A stretch of DNA of 53,048 nucleotides. Source: Pseudomonadota bacterium. GTDB taxonomy: Bacteria; Pseudomonadota; Gammaproteobacteria; Burkholderiales; Burkholderiaceae_C. Positions 22,276 to 32,926 of this stretch are shown here, in pieces (the first letter of the stretch is position 1; each line of letters begins with the position of its first letter). The stretch lies in the NCBI GenBank assembly GCA_023435325.1, contig JAEYRT010000072.1:1-53048 (forward strand), read 5' to 3'. The notes beneath the pieces were generated by a model, which was given only the letters and a program-made list of their open reading frames with translations, did not search any database and had not been told where the DNA came from. The position numbers and the translations under genes are program-made.

Positions 22276-22941
22276 ATGGCAAGTATTTTGGTCATTGGGG
22301 CTTCACGCGGCATTGGCCGTGGCCTGGTGCAGGCCTGCATTGCGCGCGGCGATCGAGTGATTGCCACGGTGCGCAAGCCTGAAGATGTGCAGACACTGCG
22401 AGAGGACGGTGCAGAGGTGCTGGTGGTGGACGTGGCCCATCCCGCCAGCGTCAGCGGTCTGGCCTGGCAACTGGATGGCGTGGAACTGGATCAGGCCTGG
22501 TATGTGGCCGGTGTCTGGGACGGCGGCAGTGCTGACACACCGCCGACACAACCGGATTTTGACCGCGTCATGCACGCCAATGTGCTGGGTGCCATGCAGG
22601 TGCTGCCCCAGGTGATGCCCTGCGTGGAGGCAGCGGTTGGCACCATGGTCTGCATCAGCTCCATGATGTCGCGCCTGTCCCAGGCAGAGAGCCGTGCCTG
22701 GCTGTATCGCACCAGCAAGGCCGCACTCAACATGGTGGTGGCCTGTGCGCAGAGTCAGTGGCAAGGCGCGCATGTGATTGCCATGGACCCTGGCTGGGTA
22801 CAGACCGATATGGGCGGTGAGGGCGCCAGCATCAGCGTCGAAGCCTGTGTGCAAGGCATGCTGAGCACCGTGGCGCAGCTTGACGATGCAGACAAAGGCG
22901 CCTTTGTGCGCTATGACGGCCACCGCTGGGAAGATTGGTGA
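22276..22941 (+). CDS. SDR family oxidoreductase (CsgA-like)
   Basis: GASRGIG, YRTSK, PGWVQTDMGG. Confidence 0.88.
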   Translation: MASILVIGASRGIGRGLVQACIARGDRVIATVRKPEDVQTLREDGAEVLVVDVAHPASVSGLAWQLDGVELDQAWYVAGVWDGGSADTPPTQPDFDRVMHANVLGAMQVLPQVMPCVEAAVGTMVCISSMMSRLSQAESRAWLYRTSKAALNMVVACAQSQWQGAHVIAMDPGWVQTDMGGEGASISVEACVQGMLSTVAQLDDADKGAFVRYDGHRWEDW

Positions 22942-22954
22942 CTGAATAATTGAT

Positions 22955-23030
22955 AGCTGTTAACGCTTGTCATATAAGCACTTCCAATATCTTTATGTTT
23001 GAAACAAAGGACTGGTAAGCGCTGGCAGCT
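22955..23030. repeat. 76-bp imperfect palindromic element, copy B
   Basis: AGCTGTTAACGCTT...AAGCACTTC...TTTGAAA...AAGCGCTGGCAGCT. Confidence 0.75.
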
Positions 23031-23060
23031 CACTTTTTATAAAAACAGCAAGGAGGCAAG

Positions 23061-24191
23061 ATGCTGCTGAGTGAAGACCAAACCATGATCCGCGACGCCG
23101 TGCGCAGCTTTGTGCAGGAGGAGATCGCGCCCCACGCCGCACGTTGGGACAAGGAGCACCACTTTCCCAAGGATGTGCACCAGGGACTGGCGGCACTGGG
23201 CTGCTACGGCATCTGCGTGCCTGAAGCATACGGCGGCGCGGGGCTGGACTATGTGAGCCTGGCCGTGGTGCTGGAAGAAATCGCCGCCGGCGATGGCGGC
23301 ACCAGCACCGTGATCAGTGTGACCAACTGCCCGGTCAATGCCATTCTGATGCGCTACGGCAATGCAGCGCAAAAGCAGCAGTGGCTCACACCACTGGCCA
23401 AGGGCGAAATGCTGGGTGCTTTCTGTCTGACCGAACCGCATGTGGGTTCGGATGCCTCGGCGCTGCGCACCACGGCGACCCGGGAGGGGGACGACTATGT
23501 GATCAACGGCGTCAAGCAGTTCATCACCAGTGGGCAGAACGCCGATGTGGCCATCGTCATCGCGGTGACCGACAAGGCCGCCGGCAAAAAGGGCATGAGT
23601 GCTTTTCTCGTGCCCACCTCCAACCCTGGCTACGTCGTGGCGCGCCTCGAAGACAAGCTGGGCCAGCACAGCAGCGACACAGCGCAGATCAACTTTGACA
23701 ATTGCCGTATTTCTGCCGAGCACCTGATTGGCGCCGAAGGCGAGGGCTACAAGATCGCCCTGGGTGCGCTGGAAGGCGGGCGCATCGGCATTGCCGCCCA
23801 AAGCGTGGGCATGGCACGTGCAGCGTTCGAGTGTGCGCTGCAATACAGCAAGGAGCGTGAGAGCTTCGGTCAACCCATCTTCCATCACCAGGCTGTGGGG
23901 TTTCGCCTGGCCGACTGTGCCACGCAGATCGAGGCCGCACGCCAGCTGATCTGGCATGCGGCCAGCCTGCGCGATGCCGGGCTGCCCTGCCTGAAGGAAG
24001 CCGCCATGGCCAAACTGTTTGCCAGCGAAATGGCCGAGCGCGTGTGCAGTGCGGCCATCCAGACCCTGGGGGGCTACGGTGTGGTCAGCGACTTTCCCGT
24101 GGAGCGCATCTACCGCGATGTGCGCGTGTGCCAGATCTATGAGGGCACGAGCGATGTGCAGAAAATCCTGATCCAGCGCGCGCTTGCATAG
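23061..24191 (+). CDS. Acyl-CoA dehydrogenase (short/branched chain)
   Basis: FCLTEPHVGSDA, GRIGIAAQ, QTLGGYG, IYEGTSDVQ. Confidence 0.93.
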   Translation: MLLSEDQTMIRDAVRSFVQEEIAPHAARWDKEHHFPKDVHQGLAALGCYGICVPEAYGGAGLDYVSLAVVLEEIAAGDGGTSTVISVTNCPVNAILMRYGNAAQKQQWLTPLAKGEMLGAFCLTEPHVGSDASALRTTATREGDDYVINGVKQFITSGQNADVAIVIAVTDKAAGKKGMSAFLVPTSNPGYVVARLEDKLGQHSSDTAQINFDNCRISAEHLIGAEGEGYKIALGALEGGRIGIAAQSVGMARAAFECALQYSKERESFGQPIFHHQAVGFRLADCATQIEAARQLIWHAASLRDAGLPCLKEAAMAKLFASEMAERVCSAAIQTLGGYGVVSDFPVERIYRDVRVCQIYEGTSDVQKILIQRALA

Positions 24192-24279
24192 ATGACAGAT
24201 GCAGCGGGTTTGCCCGCTGCCCTGGCACGGCAGATGGTTTTTAGCATGGCGGTTTCACCCACTACCAGGAGACATGGCC

Positions 24280-25077
24280 ATGCCCTTTGCCGACGTGAAC
24301 GGTCAACGCATTTTTTATACCGACACTGGCGGTGGCGCAGGCCAGCCGGTGCTGGTGTTTTCGCACGGCCTGTTGATGGACCACAGCATGTTCGATCCAC
24401 AGGTTCAGGCATTCAAGGGCCGTTATCGCTGCATTGCCTGGGATGAGCGCGGACACGGTCAGACTTCCACGCCCGGCACCTGCGCACCGTTCAGCTATTA
24501 CGATTCGGCCGACGATCTGGCAGCTTTGCTTCGGCATCTGGGCGTGACACAGGCCGTGCTGGTGGGCATGTCGCAAGGCGGTTACCTGTCACTGCGCTGT
24601 GCGCTCACGCATCCGGCGCTCGTGCAGGCACTGGTGTTGATCGATACGCAGGCTTCACCGGAAGATCCTGCGCTGATGCCGCACCACATGGCATTGGTGC
24701 AGCGCTGGGCACAGGGCGGTCTGGACGATGACATGGCTGCCACGGTGGAATCCTTCATCCTGGGCGAAAGCTGGGAAGGGGCCGCTGTCTGGAAAGCCAA
24801 ATGGAAGCAGGTGGACAACGCCAATCTGATCCAGTGCTTCACCACCCTGGGCCAGCGTGACGATATTTCGGAGCAGATCCGCCAGATTCAGGTGCCTGCG
24901 CTGGTCATTCATGGCAGCAATGACCGTGCAATTGTCCCCGAGCGCGCCAGAGCCATGGCACAGGCGCTGCCCCGGTCGCAATGGGTGGAAGTGCCAGGCG
25001 CGGGCCATGCACCCAATCTGACGCACCCTGAGCCGGTGAACCAAGCCATGGCCACCTTCCTACAGCAATTGGGCTGA
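24280..25077 (+). CDS. Alpha/beta fold hydrolase
   Basis: HGLLMD, DERGHG, GMSQGG nucleophile elbow, AGHAP; RBS AGGAGA. Confidence 0.88.
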   Translation: MPFADVNGQRIFYTDTGGGAGQPVLVFSHGLLMDHSMFDPQVQAFKGRYRCIAWDERGHGQTSTPGTCAPFSYYDSADDLAALLRHLGVTQAVLVGMSQGGYLSLRCALTHPALVQALVLIDTQASPEDPALMPHHMALVQRWAQGGLDDDMAATVESFILGESWEGAAVWKAKWKQVDNANLIQCFTTLGQRDDISEQIRQIQVPALVIHGSNDRAIVPERARAMAQALPRSQWVEVPGAGHAPNLTHPEPVNQAMATFLQQLG

Positions 25078-25207
25078 ACGGGACGCCACCGCAGCCACAC
25101 GGCATTGCCACATGGCGCAGGCGCAGCATGCGTTCACCGCAGTGCCCTGTGTGGCGGAACTTCTGGCTTGCAATGCCACACTGAAGGAATGCAACAGGAG
25201 AATCACC

Positions 25208-26170
25208 ATGGGCATTCCAGGTAGTGCAATCACGTCCCCATCCGTTTATGCGTCGCGCAGGCAGTGGCTGGCCTTGCTGGCTGGTGGAGCAGCAGGCGCT
25301 ACGCTGGCAACCTGGGCGCAGCGGGACGCGCTGGCCGCCAGCGCTGCCACTGCCTGGCCTGCTCTGGCGCATGTCCCCAGCACCGTTGAGGGAGTGCGTA
25401 CGAGCGAAAGCATCACGGCGGCCGCTCATGCGAGCAGCTACAACAATTTCTACGAGTTTGGTGTGGGCAAGGATGACCCTGCACGCCATGCGCATGTCAT
25501 GCCCATTTCACCCTGGACGGTGGAAGTGGAGGGCCTGGTGCACAAACCCGGCAAGTGGGCCCTGGAAGATCTGCTTAAGCTCAGCCCCATGGAAGAACGC
25601 ATCTACCGCCTTCGCTGCGTGGAAGGCTGGAGCATGGTGATTCCGTGGGTGGGTTACTCGCTGGCCGAGCTGATTCGACGTGTCGAGCCCATGGGCAGCG
25701 CCAAGTTCGTGGAGTTCGTGACGCTGGCAGATCCTGAACATATGCGTGGTCTCAAGAGCCGGGTACTGGACTGGCCCTATACCGAAGGATTGCGTCTGGA
25801 TGAAGCCATGCATCCGCTGACGCTGCTGGCCTTTGGCATGTACGGCCATGTGCTGCCCCATCAAAATGGGGCGCCCGTGCGCTTGATCGTGCCGTGGAAG
25901 TACGGTTTCAAGAGCGCCAAAAGCATCGTCAAGATCCGTTTTGTGGAAACCATGCCTGCTACGGCGTGGAGCAAAACGGCCAAACATGAATATGGCTTTT
26001 ATTCCAACGTGAACCCGCAGGTGCCGCATCCACGCTGGAGCCAGGCGACGGAGCGACGCATCGGCGAAGGCGGGCTGTTTGCGCCCAAGCGGCCCACCTT
26101 GTTGTTCAATGGCTATGCCGATCAGGTCGCGCAGCTTTACAGCGGCATGGATTTGAAGCGCAACTACTGA
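25208..26170 (+). CDS. msrP: Protein-methionine-sulfoxide reductase catalytic subunit MsrP
   Basis: Tat signal [42 protein letters not shown]. Confidence 0.95.
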   Translation: MGIPGSAITSPSVYASRRQWLALLAGGAAGATLATWAQRDALAASAATAWPALAHVPSTVEGVRTSESITAAAHASSYNNFYEFGVGKDDPARHAHVMPISPWTVEVEGLVHKPGKWALEDLLKLSPMEERIYRLRCVEGWSMVIPWVGYSLAELIRRVEPMGSAKFVEFVTLADPEHMRGLKSRVLDWPYTEGLRLDEAMHPLTLLAFGMYGHVLPHQNGAPVRLIVPWKYGFKSAKSIVKIRFVETMPATAWSKTAKHEYGFYSNVNPQVPHPRWSQATERRIGEGGLFAPKRPTLLFNGYADQVAQLYSGMDLKRNY

Positions 26171-26790
26171 TGGCGGCTTCCCCCGTTCAGCGAGCTTTGC
26201 TGCATGGTGCAGCCAAACCTGTGGTGTGGCTGCTGGCGCTGCTGCCTGTGGCCTGGCTGGTCCATGGCGTGCTCACCGACAACCTGGGTGCCAATCCTGC
26301 GGAGGCCCTGATTCGCAGTACGGGCGACTGGGCGCTGCGCAGCCTGTGCGTGGTGCTGGCTGTGACGCCTTTGCGCCAGCTCACCGGCTGGCATGCCCTG
26401 GCAAGGTTTCGTCGCCTGCTGGGGTTGTTCGCCTTCTTTTATGCCGCTTTGCATGTAATCAGCTATGTCTGGCTGGATATGGGCTGGGAATTCCGCGCCC
26501 TGGTGTCCGACATCGTGCAGCGGCCTTTCATTCTGGTTGGGGCGCTGGCAGCCCTGGTATTGCTGCTCCTGGCGGCCACCTCACCTATGGCCGTGGTGCG
26601 TGCGCTGGGAGGCAAGCGCTGGCAGCGCCTGCACCTGGGCATTCATCTGGCAGCGTGGCTGGCACTGTTGCACTTTTTCTGGATGCGGGCAGCCAAGAAT
26701 GATCTGATGGAAGTGGGCATTTACGCCGCCATCATTGCCTTGCTGCAGTCATGGCGGTTGGTGCGACAGTTGCGTGCGCACCGGAGTTGA
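26170..26790 (+). CDS. msrQ: Heme-binding membrane subunit MsrQ
   Basis: LGANP, RRLLGLFAFFYAALH, WQRLH; overlaps the msrP stop. Confidence 0.92.
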   Translation: MAASPVQRALLHGAAKPVVWLLALLPVAWLVHGVLTDNLGANPAEALIRSTGDWALRSLCVVLAVTPLRQLTGWHALARFRRLLGLFAFFYAALHVISYVWLDMGWEFRALVSDIVQRPFILVGALAALVLLLLAATSPMAVVRALGGKRWQRLHLGIHLAAWLALLHFFWMRAAKNDLMEVGIYAAIIALLQSWRLVRQLRAHRS

Positions 26791-26799
26791 GGTTGAGGC

Positions 26800-26982
26800 T
26801 CAGGGCCTGTCAGCGCTGCGTTCGGGCAAATCCGGGAGCACGGTGTCAGGCAGGGAAGCGCGGTCCTGGGCAGCAGGATCTGTCGGCAGATACAGCGGGC
26901 CTCTTTGGCCACAGGCCCCCAAGGCTGCCGTACAAACGGCAAGGGCAATGCACCTGACTAGAATTTGGGAAGCATTCAACAT
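26800..26982 (-). CDS. lptM: Small lipoprotein of the LptM/YifL/LppL family
   Basis: Lipobox LGAC followed by [10 protein letters not shown]; divergent from cyaY. Confidence 0.85.
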   Translation of the reverse strand: MLNASQILVRCIALAVCTAALGACGQRGPLYLPTDPAAQDRASLPDTVLPDLPERSADRP

Positions 26983-26996
26983 ACGCCTGGATTGTA

Positions 26997-27335
26997 ATGA
27001 CCGACCTTGAATACCTTGATAAAGCCGAGCAGCTGCTGCTGGCCGTGGAGCAGTCCTGCGACCGACTCAACGATGACACGGACGCCGATATCGACGCGCA
27101 ACGCGTTGGCGGCATGGTGACCTTGGTGTTTCCCAACCGTTCTCAGATCGTGATCAACCTGCAAAAGCCTTTGCATGAGGTCTGGATGGCAGCCAAGGCT
27201 GGTGGCTTTCACTATAAGTTTGATGGTCAGCACTGGCAAGATACCAAGGGAAGCGGTGAATTCTTTGAAAATCTCAGCCGTTTCGCCAGCGAGCAGACAG
27301 GTTTGACGCTCCATTTCACCTCTCAAGTGGATTGA
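26997..27335 (+). CDS. cyaY: Iron donor protein CyaY (frataxin)
   Basis: [29 protein letters not shown]. Confidence 0.94.
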   Translation: MTDLEYLDKAEQLLLAVEQSCDRLNDDTDADIDAQRVGGMVTLVFPNRSQIVINLQKPLHEVWMAAKAGGFHYKFDGQHWQDTKGSGEFFENLSRFASEQTGLTLHFTSQVD

Positions 27336-27344
27336 CGCCGAAGA

Positions 27345-27397
27345 CCCCCAGCAAAAAGCCCGGTTCCTTTGGGGGAAACCGGGCTTTTTGCTGGGGG
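27345..27397. terminator. Long bidirectional terminator between cyaY and mrcA
   Basis: Perfect 21-bp inverted repeat CCCCCAGCAAAAAGCCCGGTT / AACCGGGCTTTTTGCTGGGGG. Confidence 0.8.
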
Positions 27398-27428
27398 CTG
27401 CTGCTCAGCGCCTCAGGGGCGCTCAAGC

Positions 27429-29810
27429 TCAGTTACGGAACAGATCCAGAATGCGATTGCGCTCCTCGGGAGGTGGTGCCTCCGTCGGCTCATTCGGATT
27501 GGCGTAGGTGCTGCTGGTCATGCCCAGATTGGGCGCGGCGGCGGGTCCGGTGAACTCGTCGTAATACCACTCACCGCCCATGTTCACCACGCCGGCAGGC
27601 ACTGGATATTCGGCCACGGGGACGTCCTTGAGCGCATGCTGCATGAAGTTGATCCAGATTGGCAGGCTCAGGCCACCACCGGTTTCGCGTGAACCCAGGT
27701 TGCGAGGGTTGTCATAGCCAATCCAGGTCACTGCTGTCAGCGTGGGCTGGAAGCCCGCGAACCATGCATCGACTGCATCGTTGGTCGTCCCTGTCTTGCC
27801 ATACAGGTCTGGACGCTTGAGCGTGGACTGGGCACGCGCGGCCGTTCCCGACTTGGTAACGGTTTGCAGCATGCTGTTCATGACAAACGCATTGCGGGCC
27901 TCAATGGCGCGCGGCTGCTGTTCCAGGGGCTTGGGTACATGTGCGGACAAGACATTGCCCTTGTGGTCCGTGATTTTGGAAATCAGCCATGGATTGATGT
28001 GATAGCCACCGTTGGCAAACACGGAAAAGGCGGTCGCCATCTGCATGGGGGTGACGGCACCCGCGCCCAGGGCCATGGTCAGATAGGCCGGGTGGCGCTG
28101 GGCATCAAAGCCAAAGCGGGTGATCCACTCCTGGGTGAATTGCGGTGTCGTGAAATCCAGCACACGGATCGACGGAATGTTTCTGGATTTGGCCAGCGCG
28201 GTGCGTGCTGTCATGGGGCCTTCGAACTTGTTGTCGTAGTTGCGAGGTTCCCAAGGCTGGCCCCCTGTCACGCTGGCGCCGTAATACAGCGGCGCATCAT
28301 TGATCATGGTCGCAGGGCTCAGACCTTTTTCCAGGGCCGACGAATAAATGAAAGGCTTGAAGGTCGATCCAGGCTGACGCCATGCCTGGGTCACGTGGTT
28401 GAACTTGTTCTTCTGGAAGTCAAAGCCTCCCACCAGGGCGCGGATCGCACCGGTACGCGGGTCCAAGGCCACAAAGGCACCTTCAACTTCGGGCAGCTGC
28501 GTGGCTGACCATTTGTCCTTGCCGGTGGCAATGACGCGGATCACTGCGCCAGGACGTATCTTGATATTCGGGGCAGCCTTGTTGCTCAGGCCCGACTCTA
28601 CGGGCTTCAGGCCCTCGCCCGTGATGACCAGGGTCTGGCCATCAGGGCGTTGCACCGTCATGGATTTGGAGGACACCGCCAGCACCACCGCTGCCAGCAC
28701 ATTGCCGTTGTCTGGGTGCTGTGCCAGGGTGTCGTCAATGACGTCTTCCAGGGCTTCCTTGTCACTGGGCAGGGCAATGAACTTTTCGGGGCCGCGATAA
28801 CGCTGACGGCGCTCATAGTCCATGATGCCCTTGCGCAGCGCCGTGTAAGCAGCTTCCTGCTCTCCGATGTTGAGCGTGGTGTAGACGCTCAGACCACGGG
28901 TATAGGTTTCGTCGCCATACTGGGCATAAACCAGCTGGCGTGCCATTTCCGCGACAAAGTCGGCATGCCCGCCTGTTGTGGGACGCGTGCTGCGCAACTG
29001 CAAGGGTTCCTCACGTGCAAGGCGTGCCTGCTCGGGCGTGATGAAGTTGTTTTCCTCCATGCGATCAATGATGTAGAGCTGGCGGATGCGGGCGCGCTTG
29101 GGGTTGCTGATGGGGTTGAAGGCGGAAGGCGCCTTGGGCAAACCAGCCAGCATGGCGGCTTCTGCAATCGTCACATCTTTAAGTGGCTTGCCGAAGTACA
29201 CCTCGCTCGCGGCAGCGAAACCATAAGCCCGGTGACCCAGGAAGATCTGGTTCATATAGATTTCAAGGATCTGCTCCTTAGAAAGCAGGTGCTCCAGCTT
29301 GAAGGTGAGCAGAACCTCGTAAATCTTGCGGGTGTAGGTCTTTTCCGAAGACAGGTATACATTGCGTGCCACCTGCATGGTGATGGTCGAGGCACCTTGG
29401 CTTTTCACCTTGCCCAGGTTGGCCAGGGCTGCGCGCAGCATGCCTTTGTAGTCCACACCGCCATGCTCGAAAAAGCGTGTGTCTTCAATTGCCAACACCG
29501 CATCCACCATGACTTTGGGAATTTCATTGATCGGTGTGAGTGTGCGGCGTTCTTCTCCGAATTCGCCAATCATGGCGCCTTCCGAGGAATACACGCGCAG
29601 GGGAAGCTTGGGACGGTAATCTGCCAGCTCAGAAACATCCGGCAGATTGGGATAGGCCATCGCCAATGCAACGGCAATCACCATTGCCAAAGCCAAGGCT
29701 CCGGCAACAGCCAGGCCTATCAGCCACAGGAAAGCGCGCACCAGCCAGTGCATGCGACGCGGTGGAGGGGTTTTTTTGTCTTTGGAGGGTGTGTCGGGAG
29801 AGGTAGGCAT
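27429..29810 (-). CDS. mrcA: Penicillin-binding protein 1A
   Basis: EDTRFFEHGG, GASTITMQ, RQPGSTFKP, SRN, KTGTTN; divergent from pilM. Confidence 0.94.
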   Translation of the reverse strand: MPTSPDTPSKDKKTPPPRRMHWLVRAFLWLIGLAVAGALALAMVIAVALAMAYPNLPDVSELADYRPKLPLRVYSSEGAMIGEFGEERRTLTPINEIPKVMVDAVLAIEDTRFFEHGGVDYKGMLRAALANLGKVKSQGASTITMQVARNVYLSSEKTYTRKIYEVLLTFKLEHLLSKEQILEIYMNQIFLGHRAYGFAAASEVYFGKPLKDVTIAEAAMLAGLPKAPSAFNPISNPKRARIRQLYIIDRMEENNFITPEQARLAREEPLQLRSTRPTTGGHADFVAEMARQLVYAQYGDETYTRGLSVYTTLNIGEQEAAYTALRKGIMDYERRQRYRGPEKFIALPSDKEALEDVIDDTLAQHPDNGNVLAAVVLAVSSKSMTVQRPDGQTLVITGEGLKPVESGLSNKAAPNIKIRPGAVIRVIATGKDKWSATQLPEVEGAFVALDPRTGAIRALVGGFDFQKNKFNHVTQAWRQPGSTFKPFIYSSALEKGLSPATMINDAPLYYGASVTGGQPWEPRNYDNKFEGPMTARTALAKSRNIPSIRVLDFTTPQFTQEWITRFGFDAQRHPAYLTMALGAGAVTPMQMATAFSVFANGGYHINPWLISKITDHKGNVLSAHVPKPLEQQPRAIEARNAFVMNSMLQTVTKSGTAARAQSTLKRPDLYGKTGTTNDAVDAWFAGFQPTLTAVTWIGYDNPRNLGSRETGGGLSLPIWINFMQHALKDVPVAEYPVPAGVVNMGGEWYYDEFTGPAAAPNLGMTSSTYANPNEPTEAPPPEERNRILDLFRN

Positions 29811-30010
29811 GTCGCTCCACGCAAAAGAGAAGAGGCATTATAGAAAGGCCCCCTGCAAGTAGATGTAAGAGAGGGCATGTGCCTGGGACACAGTTGCAAG
29901 CACTTTTTGTGGCTGTTAGGTCAACTTAACTTGCTCAACGGACCGGCTTGGGCAAGCAGGAATCGGCAGGCTGCTGCTAGCATTCCCCTAGATGTTATTT
30001 TTTATTTCAA

Positions 30011-31105
30011 ATGCAACAAAAAAAGGGACTGGGCTTGTTGAGCTCACTTTTCAAGCATGAGCCGGCTCCGTTGATTGGCATCGATATCAGCTCATCTGCC
30101 ATCAAGCTGGTGGAGCTCGGCCAAAACGGACAGGGCGCCTGGATTCTGGAGCGTTTCGCTTCGGAGCCCCTGGCGGCCGAGTGCGTGGTGGACGGCAATA
30201 TTGAAAAGTTTGACGAAGTGACGCAAGCGCTGGAGCGACTGGTGAGAAGAAGCGGCACGCGGGCAAAGCATGTGGCGCTTGCGCTGCCCAACTCTGCGGT
30301 GATTACCAAAAGAATCAGTCTGCCCGGCAACTTGAGCGAGCTGGAGCTGGAGGTTCAGGTTGAAAGCGAAGCCCACCAATATCTACCTTTCCCCTTGGAG
30401 GAAGTGAGCCTGGATTTTTGCATCATCGGGCCGAATGCCAAGGCGCCGGACCAGGTTGACGTGCTGCTGGCTGCCACCCGAAAGGAAAAAGTGCAGGAGC
30501 GCAATGATTTGGCGATCATGGCAGGCCTGCAGCCGGTGGTCATGGATGTGGAGTCCTATGCCGCCAGATTGGCGGCCAGTCCATGGCTGGCTTCCCTGTC
30601 GCAGGCAGACAGCAAGCCGGTGGCACTGATCAGACTGGGGGCCAGCAGCTTCGGTGTACAAATCGTGCGCGGTGACGAGGTGCTGTATGAGCTCGAGCAA
30701 ACCAGTGGGGGGCTGCAGTTGACGCAAATGATTGCCCACCACTACGACCTCAGTCTCGAGCAGGCAGAGCGCAAGAAAACAAGCGGCGATCTTCCCGATA
30801 CATATGAAGAGTTTGTGCTCCAGCCCTTCATCACGCGCTTGGCACAGGATGTCGGCCGGGCCTTGCAGTTTTTTTTCTCCAGCACTTCATACAACCATAT
30901 CGAGCAGATCGCCATTTTTGGTGGCACTGCGTGCATCCCGCAGCTGGCGCACGCAATAGCACGCCATACAGGGGTTGCCGTGTCCGTGCTCAATCCGTTT
31001 GAAGGCATGCATTGCATGGAGGGCGTCAGTCCCGGCCAGGTCAACAGCCATGCGCCCCTGTATCTCACGGCCTGTGGTCTGGCGATGCGGAGGTTTCTGC
31101 CGTGA
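30011..31105 (+). CDS. pilM: Type IV pilus assembly protein PilM
   Basis: IGIDISSSAIKLVEL, YLPFPLEEVSLDF, ACGLAMR. Confidence 0.92.
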   Translation: MQQKKGLGLLSSLFKHEPAPLIGIDISSSAIKLVELGQNGQGAWILERFASEPLAAECVVDGNIEKFDEVTQALERLVRRSGTRAKHVALALPNSAVITKRISLPGNLSELELEVQVESEAHQYLPFPLEEVSLDFCIIGPNAKAPDQVDVLLAATRKEKVQERNDLAIMAGLQPVVMDVESYAARLAASPWLASLSQADSKPVALIRLGASSFGVQIVRGDEVLYELEQTSGGLQLTQMIAHHYDLSLEQAERKKTSGDLPDTYEEFVLQPFITRLAQDVGRALQFFFSSTSYNHIEQIAIFGGTACIPQLAHAIARHTGVAVSVLNPFEGMHCMEGVSPGQVNSHAPLYLTACGLAMRRFLP

Positions 31106-31701
31106 TATTGATCAACTTGCTGCCGCACAGGGAGCTGGCTCGCAAGCGCTACAAGGCCCTCTTCCAATCGGCGATGCTGGCTTCGTTCATGTTTGCATTG
31201 CTTCTGGCGGCTGTGGTGCATTGGGTGTTCCAGGCGCAGATTCACACGCAGCAGGACCGCAACGCATTTCTGCGGGCAGAAATCGCAGATGTGAATGCCC
31301 AGATTCAGGAAATCGCCGGCCTGGAGCGCGAAATCAACGGATTGCGTGCACGCCAGAACGCCGTGGAGGAACTGCAAACCAATCGCAACCTGCCTGTGCA
31401 TTTCCTCAATGAACTGGTGGCGCAGGTGCCCGAAGGTGTCTATATCCGTTCGCTCAAGCAAAACGGTAACTTGGTGGAAATGGTCGGCGTTGCGCAGTCC
31501 AACGAACGCGTGTCGCAAGTGCTGCGCAACCTCTCGCAGGCCAGCGCCTGGTTTTCCAATCCCTCGCTCAAGGAAATCGTGGCTTCCAAGGTGGCCTTGT
31601 CTTCCAAAGAGGAGCACCAGGTCGTCAATTTCAGTCTAAGTTTTTCCTTGTCTGGCCCTGCAGGTCTGGGCAGCATTCAGGGGTCTGGAGGCAAAAGCTG
31701 A
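31102..31701 (+). CDS. pilN: Type IV pilus assembly protein PilN
   Basis: GTG start, INLLPHRE, AQSNERVS. Confidence 0.9.
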   Translation: MILINLLPHRELARKRYKALFQSAMLASFMFALLLAAVVHWVFQAQIHTQQDRNAFLRAEIADVNAQIQEIAGLEREINGLRARQNAVEELQTNRNLPVHFLNELVAQVPEGVYIRSLKQNGNLVEMVGVAQSNERVSQVLRNLSQASAWFSNPSLKEIVASKVALSSKEEHQVVNFSLSFSLSGPAGLGSIQGSGGKS

Positions 31702-32384
31702 TGCGTGTGCATGCCAAGCCCCGCCTGCTTGACTGGACGACCAGAAGCCAAGGCGTATGGACGCAGTTCGAGGACCTGGATTTCAAAGATGTCTATGTCT
31801 GGCCGCTCTTGCCCAAAGCGGTGCTGTGCATGGCGATCGGCGTCCTGTCTTTTCTTTCCCTCTGGCAGTTCTATCTCTGTGGTCTGCAGGCGGATGTCGC
31901 CGCGGAAATGGCGGCCGAGGTGGCGCTTCGTGCCGAGTTCGAGAAAAAACTGTCCCAGGCCACCAACCTGGACGACTTGAAAAAGCAACGGGAACAGGTA
32001 CAGCAATATGTGGCGCAGCTTGAAAAACAATTGCCCAGCAAGTCTGAAATGTCGGCCCTGCTGTCGGATATCAACCAGGTGGGGCTGGGCCGGAGCCTGC
32101 AATTCGAGCTGTTCAAGCCAGGCACAGAAGCCGTGAAGGACTATCACGCAGAACTGCCAATATCGTTGCGTGTGTCAGGCCGGTTCCATGACATGGGGCG
32201 GTTTGTGGCTGATATCGCGCACCTGCCTCGTATCGTGACACTGAACAATATTTCGATCGAACCTCAAAATGCCGAGGGCGTGCTCGTCCTGGAAGCCACC
32301 GCAAAAACCTATCGCTACCTGGATACCGAAGAAGCAAAGGCGAAGCAGCAGAACGTGCAGGCGGCCAAGGGAGCCGTGCGATGA
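31701..32384 (+). CDS. pilO: Type IV pilus assembly protein PilO
   Basis: QLPSKSEMSALLSDI, ELPI, LPRIVTL. Confidence 0.92.
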   Translation: MRVHAKPRLLDWTTRSQGVWTQFEDLDFKDVYVWPLLPKAVLCMAIGVLSFLSLWQFYLCGLQADVAAEMAAEVALRAEFEKKLSQATNLDDLKKQREQVQQYVAQLEKQLPSKSEMSALLSDINQVGLGRSLQFELFKPGTEAVKDYHAELPISLRVSGRFHDMGRFVADIAHLPRIVTLNNISIEPQNAEGVLVLEATAKTYRYLDTEEAKAKQQNVQAAKGAVR

Positions 32385-32926
32385 CCCACCGCCGGAAAGC
32401 TCTGTGTTGTGGGGTAGCGCTGCTTGCTTTGCAGGGGTGTGCACCACAGGAGGACAGCGACTTGCACGCATGGGTGCGAGAGCGAAAAGTGATGGTCAAG
32501 CCCTATGTCTCGACACTCAGGGAGCCTGCAGCTTTTACGCCACAGACGTATCTGGCCGAGCATCGTTCGGATCCTTTCGACATGCAAAAACTCACCCAGG
32601 TGCTGAGTCGCCAAGCGGCCAGAAAGACAGCAGATGTGCACTTGCTGATGAACGAACAGAGCCGTCCCAAGGCACCGCTGGAGCGTTATTCGCTGGACAG
32701 CATGACCATGGTGGGCAGCTTGGAGCAACAAGGTCGGGCAACGGCGCTGCTGCGTATCGAGCAGCAGATTTATCAGGTTCGGGTGGGCGATTACCTGGGG
32801 CAGAACTATGGCAGGGTCATACAGATACAGGAACACCACATCAAGCTGAGGGAAGTGGTGCAAGACCCTGCAGGTGACTGGGTGGAGAGAACGGCGACGC
32901 TGGACTTGCAGGAGGGGAGCAAGTAA
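32381..32926 (+). CDS. pilP: Type IV pilus lipoprotein PilP
   Basis: Lipobox LQGC, PLERYSLDSMTMVG, GDYLGQNYG. Confidence 0.92.
   Translation: MTHRRKALCCGVALLALQGCAPQEDSDLHAWVRERKVMVKPYVSTLREPAAFTPQTYLAEHRSDPFDMQKLTQVLSRQAARKTADVHLLMNEQSRPKAPLERYSLDSMTMVGSLEQQGRATALLRIEQQIYQVRVGDYLGQNYGRVIQIQEHHIKLREVVQDPAGDWVERTATLDLQEGSK

Noticed and set aside
25156..25185. GGAACTT sigmaE-like -35 upstream of msrP
   Set aside because: No convincing -10 element at the expected spacing
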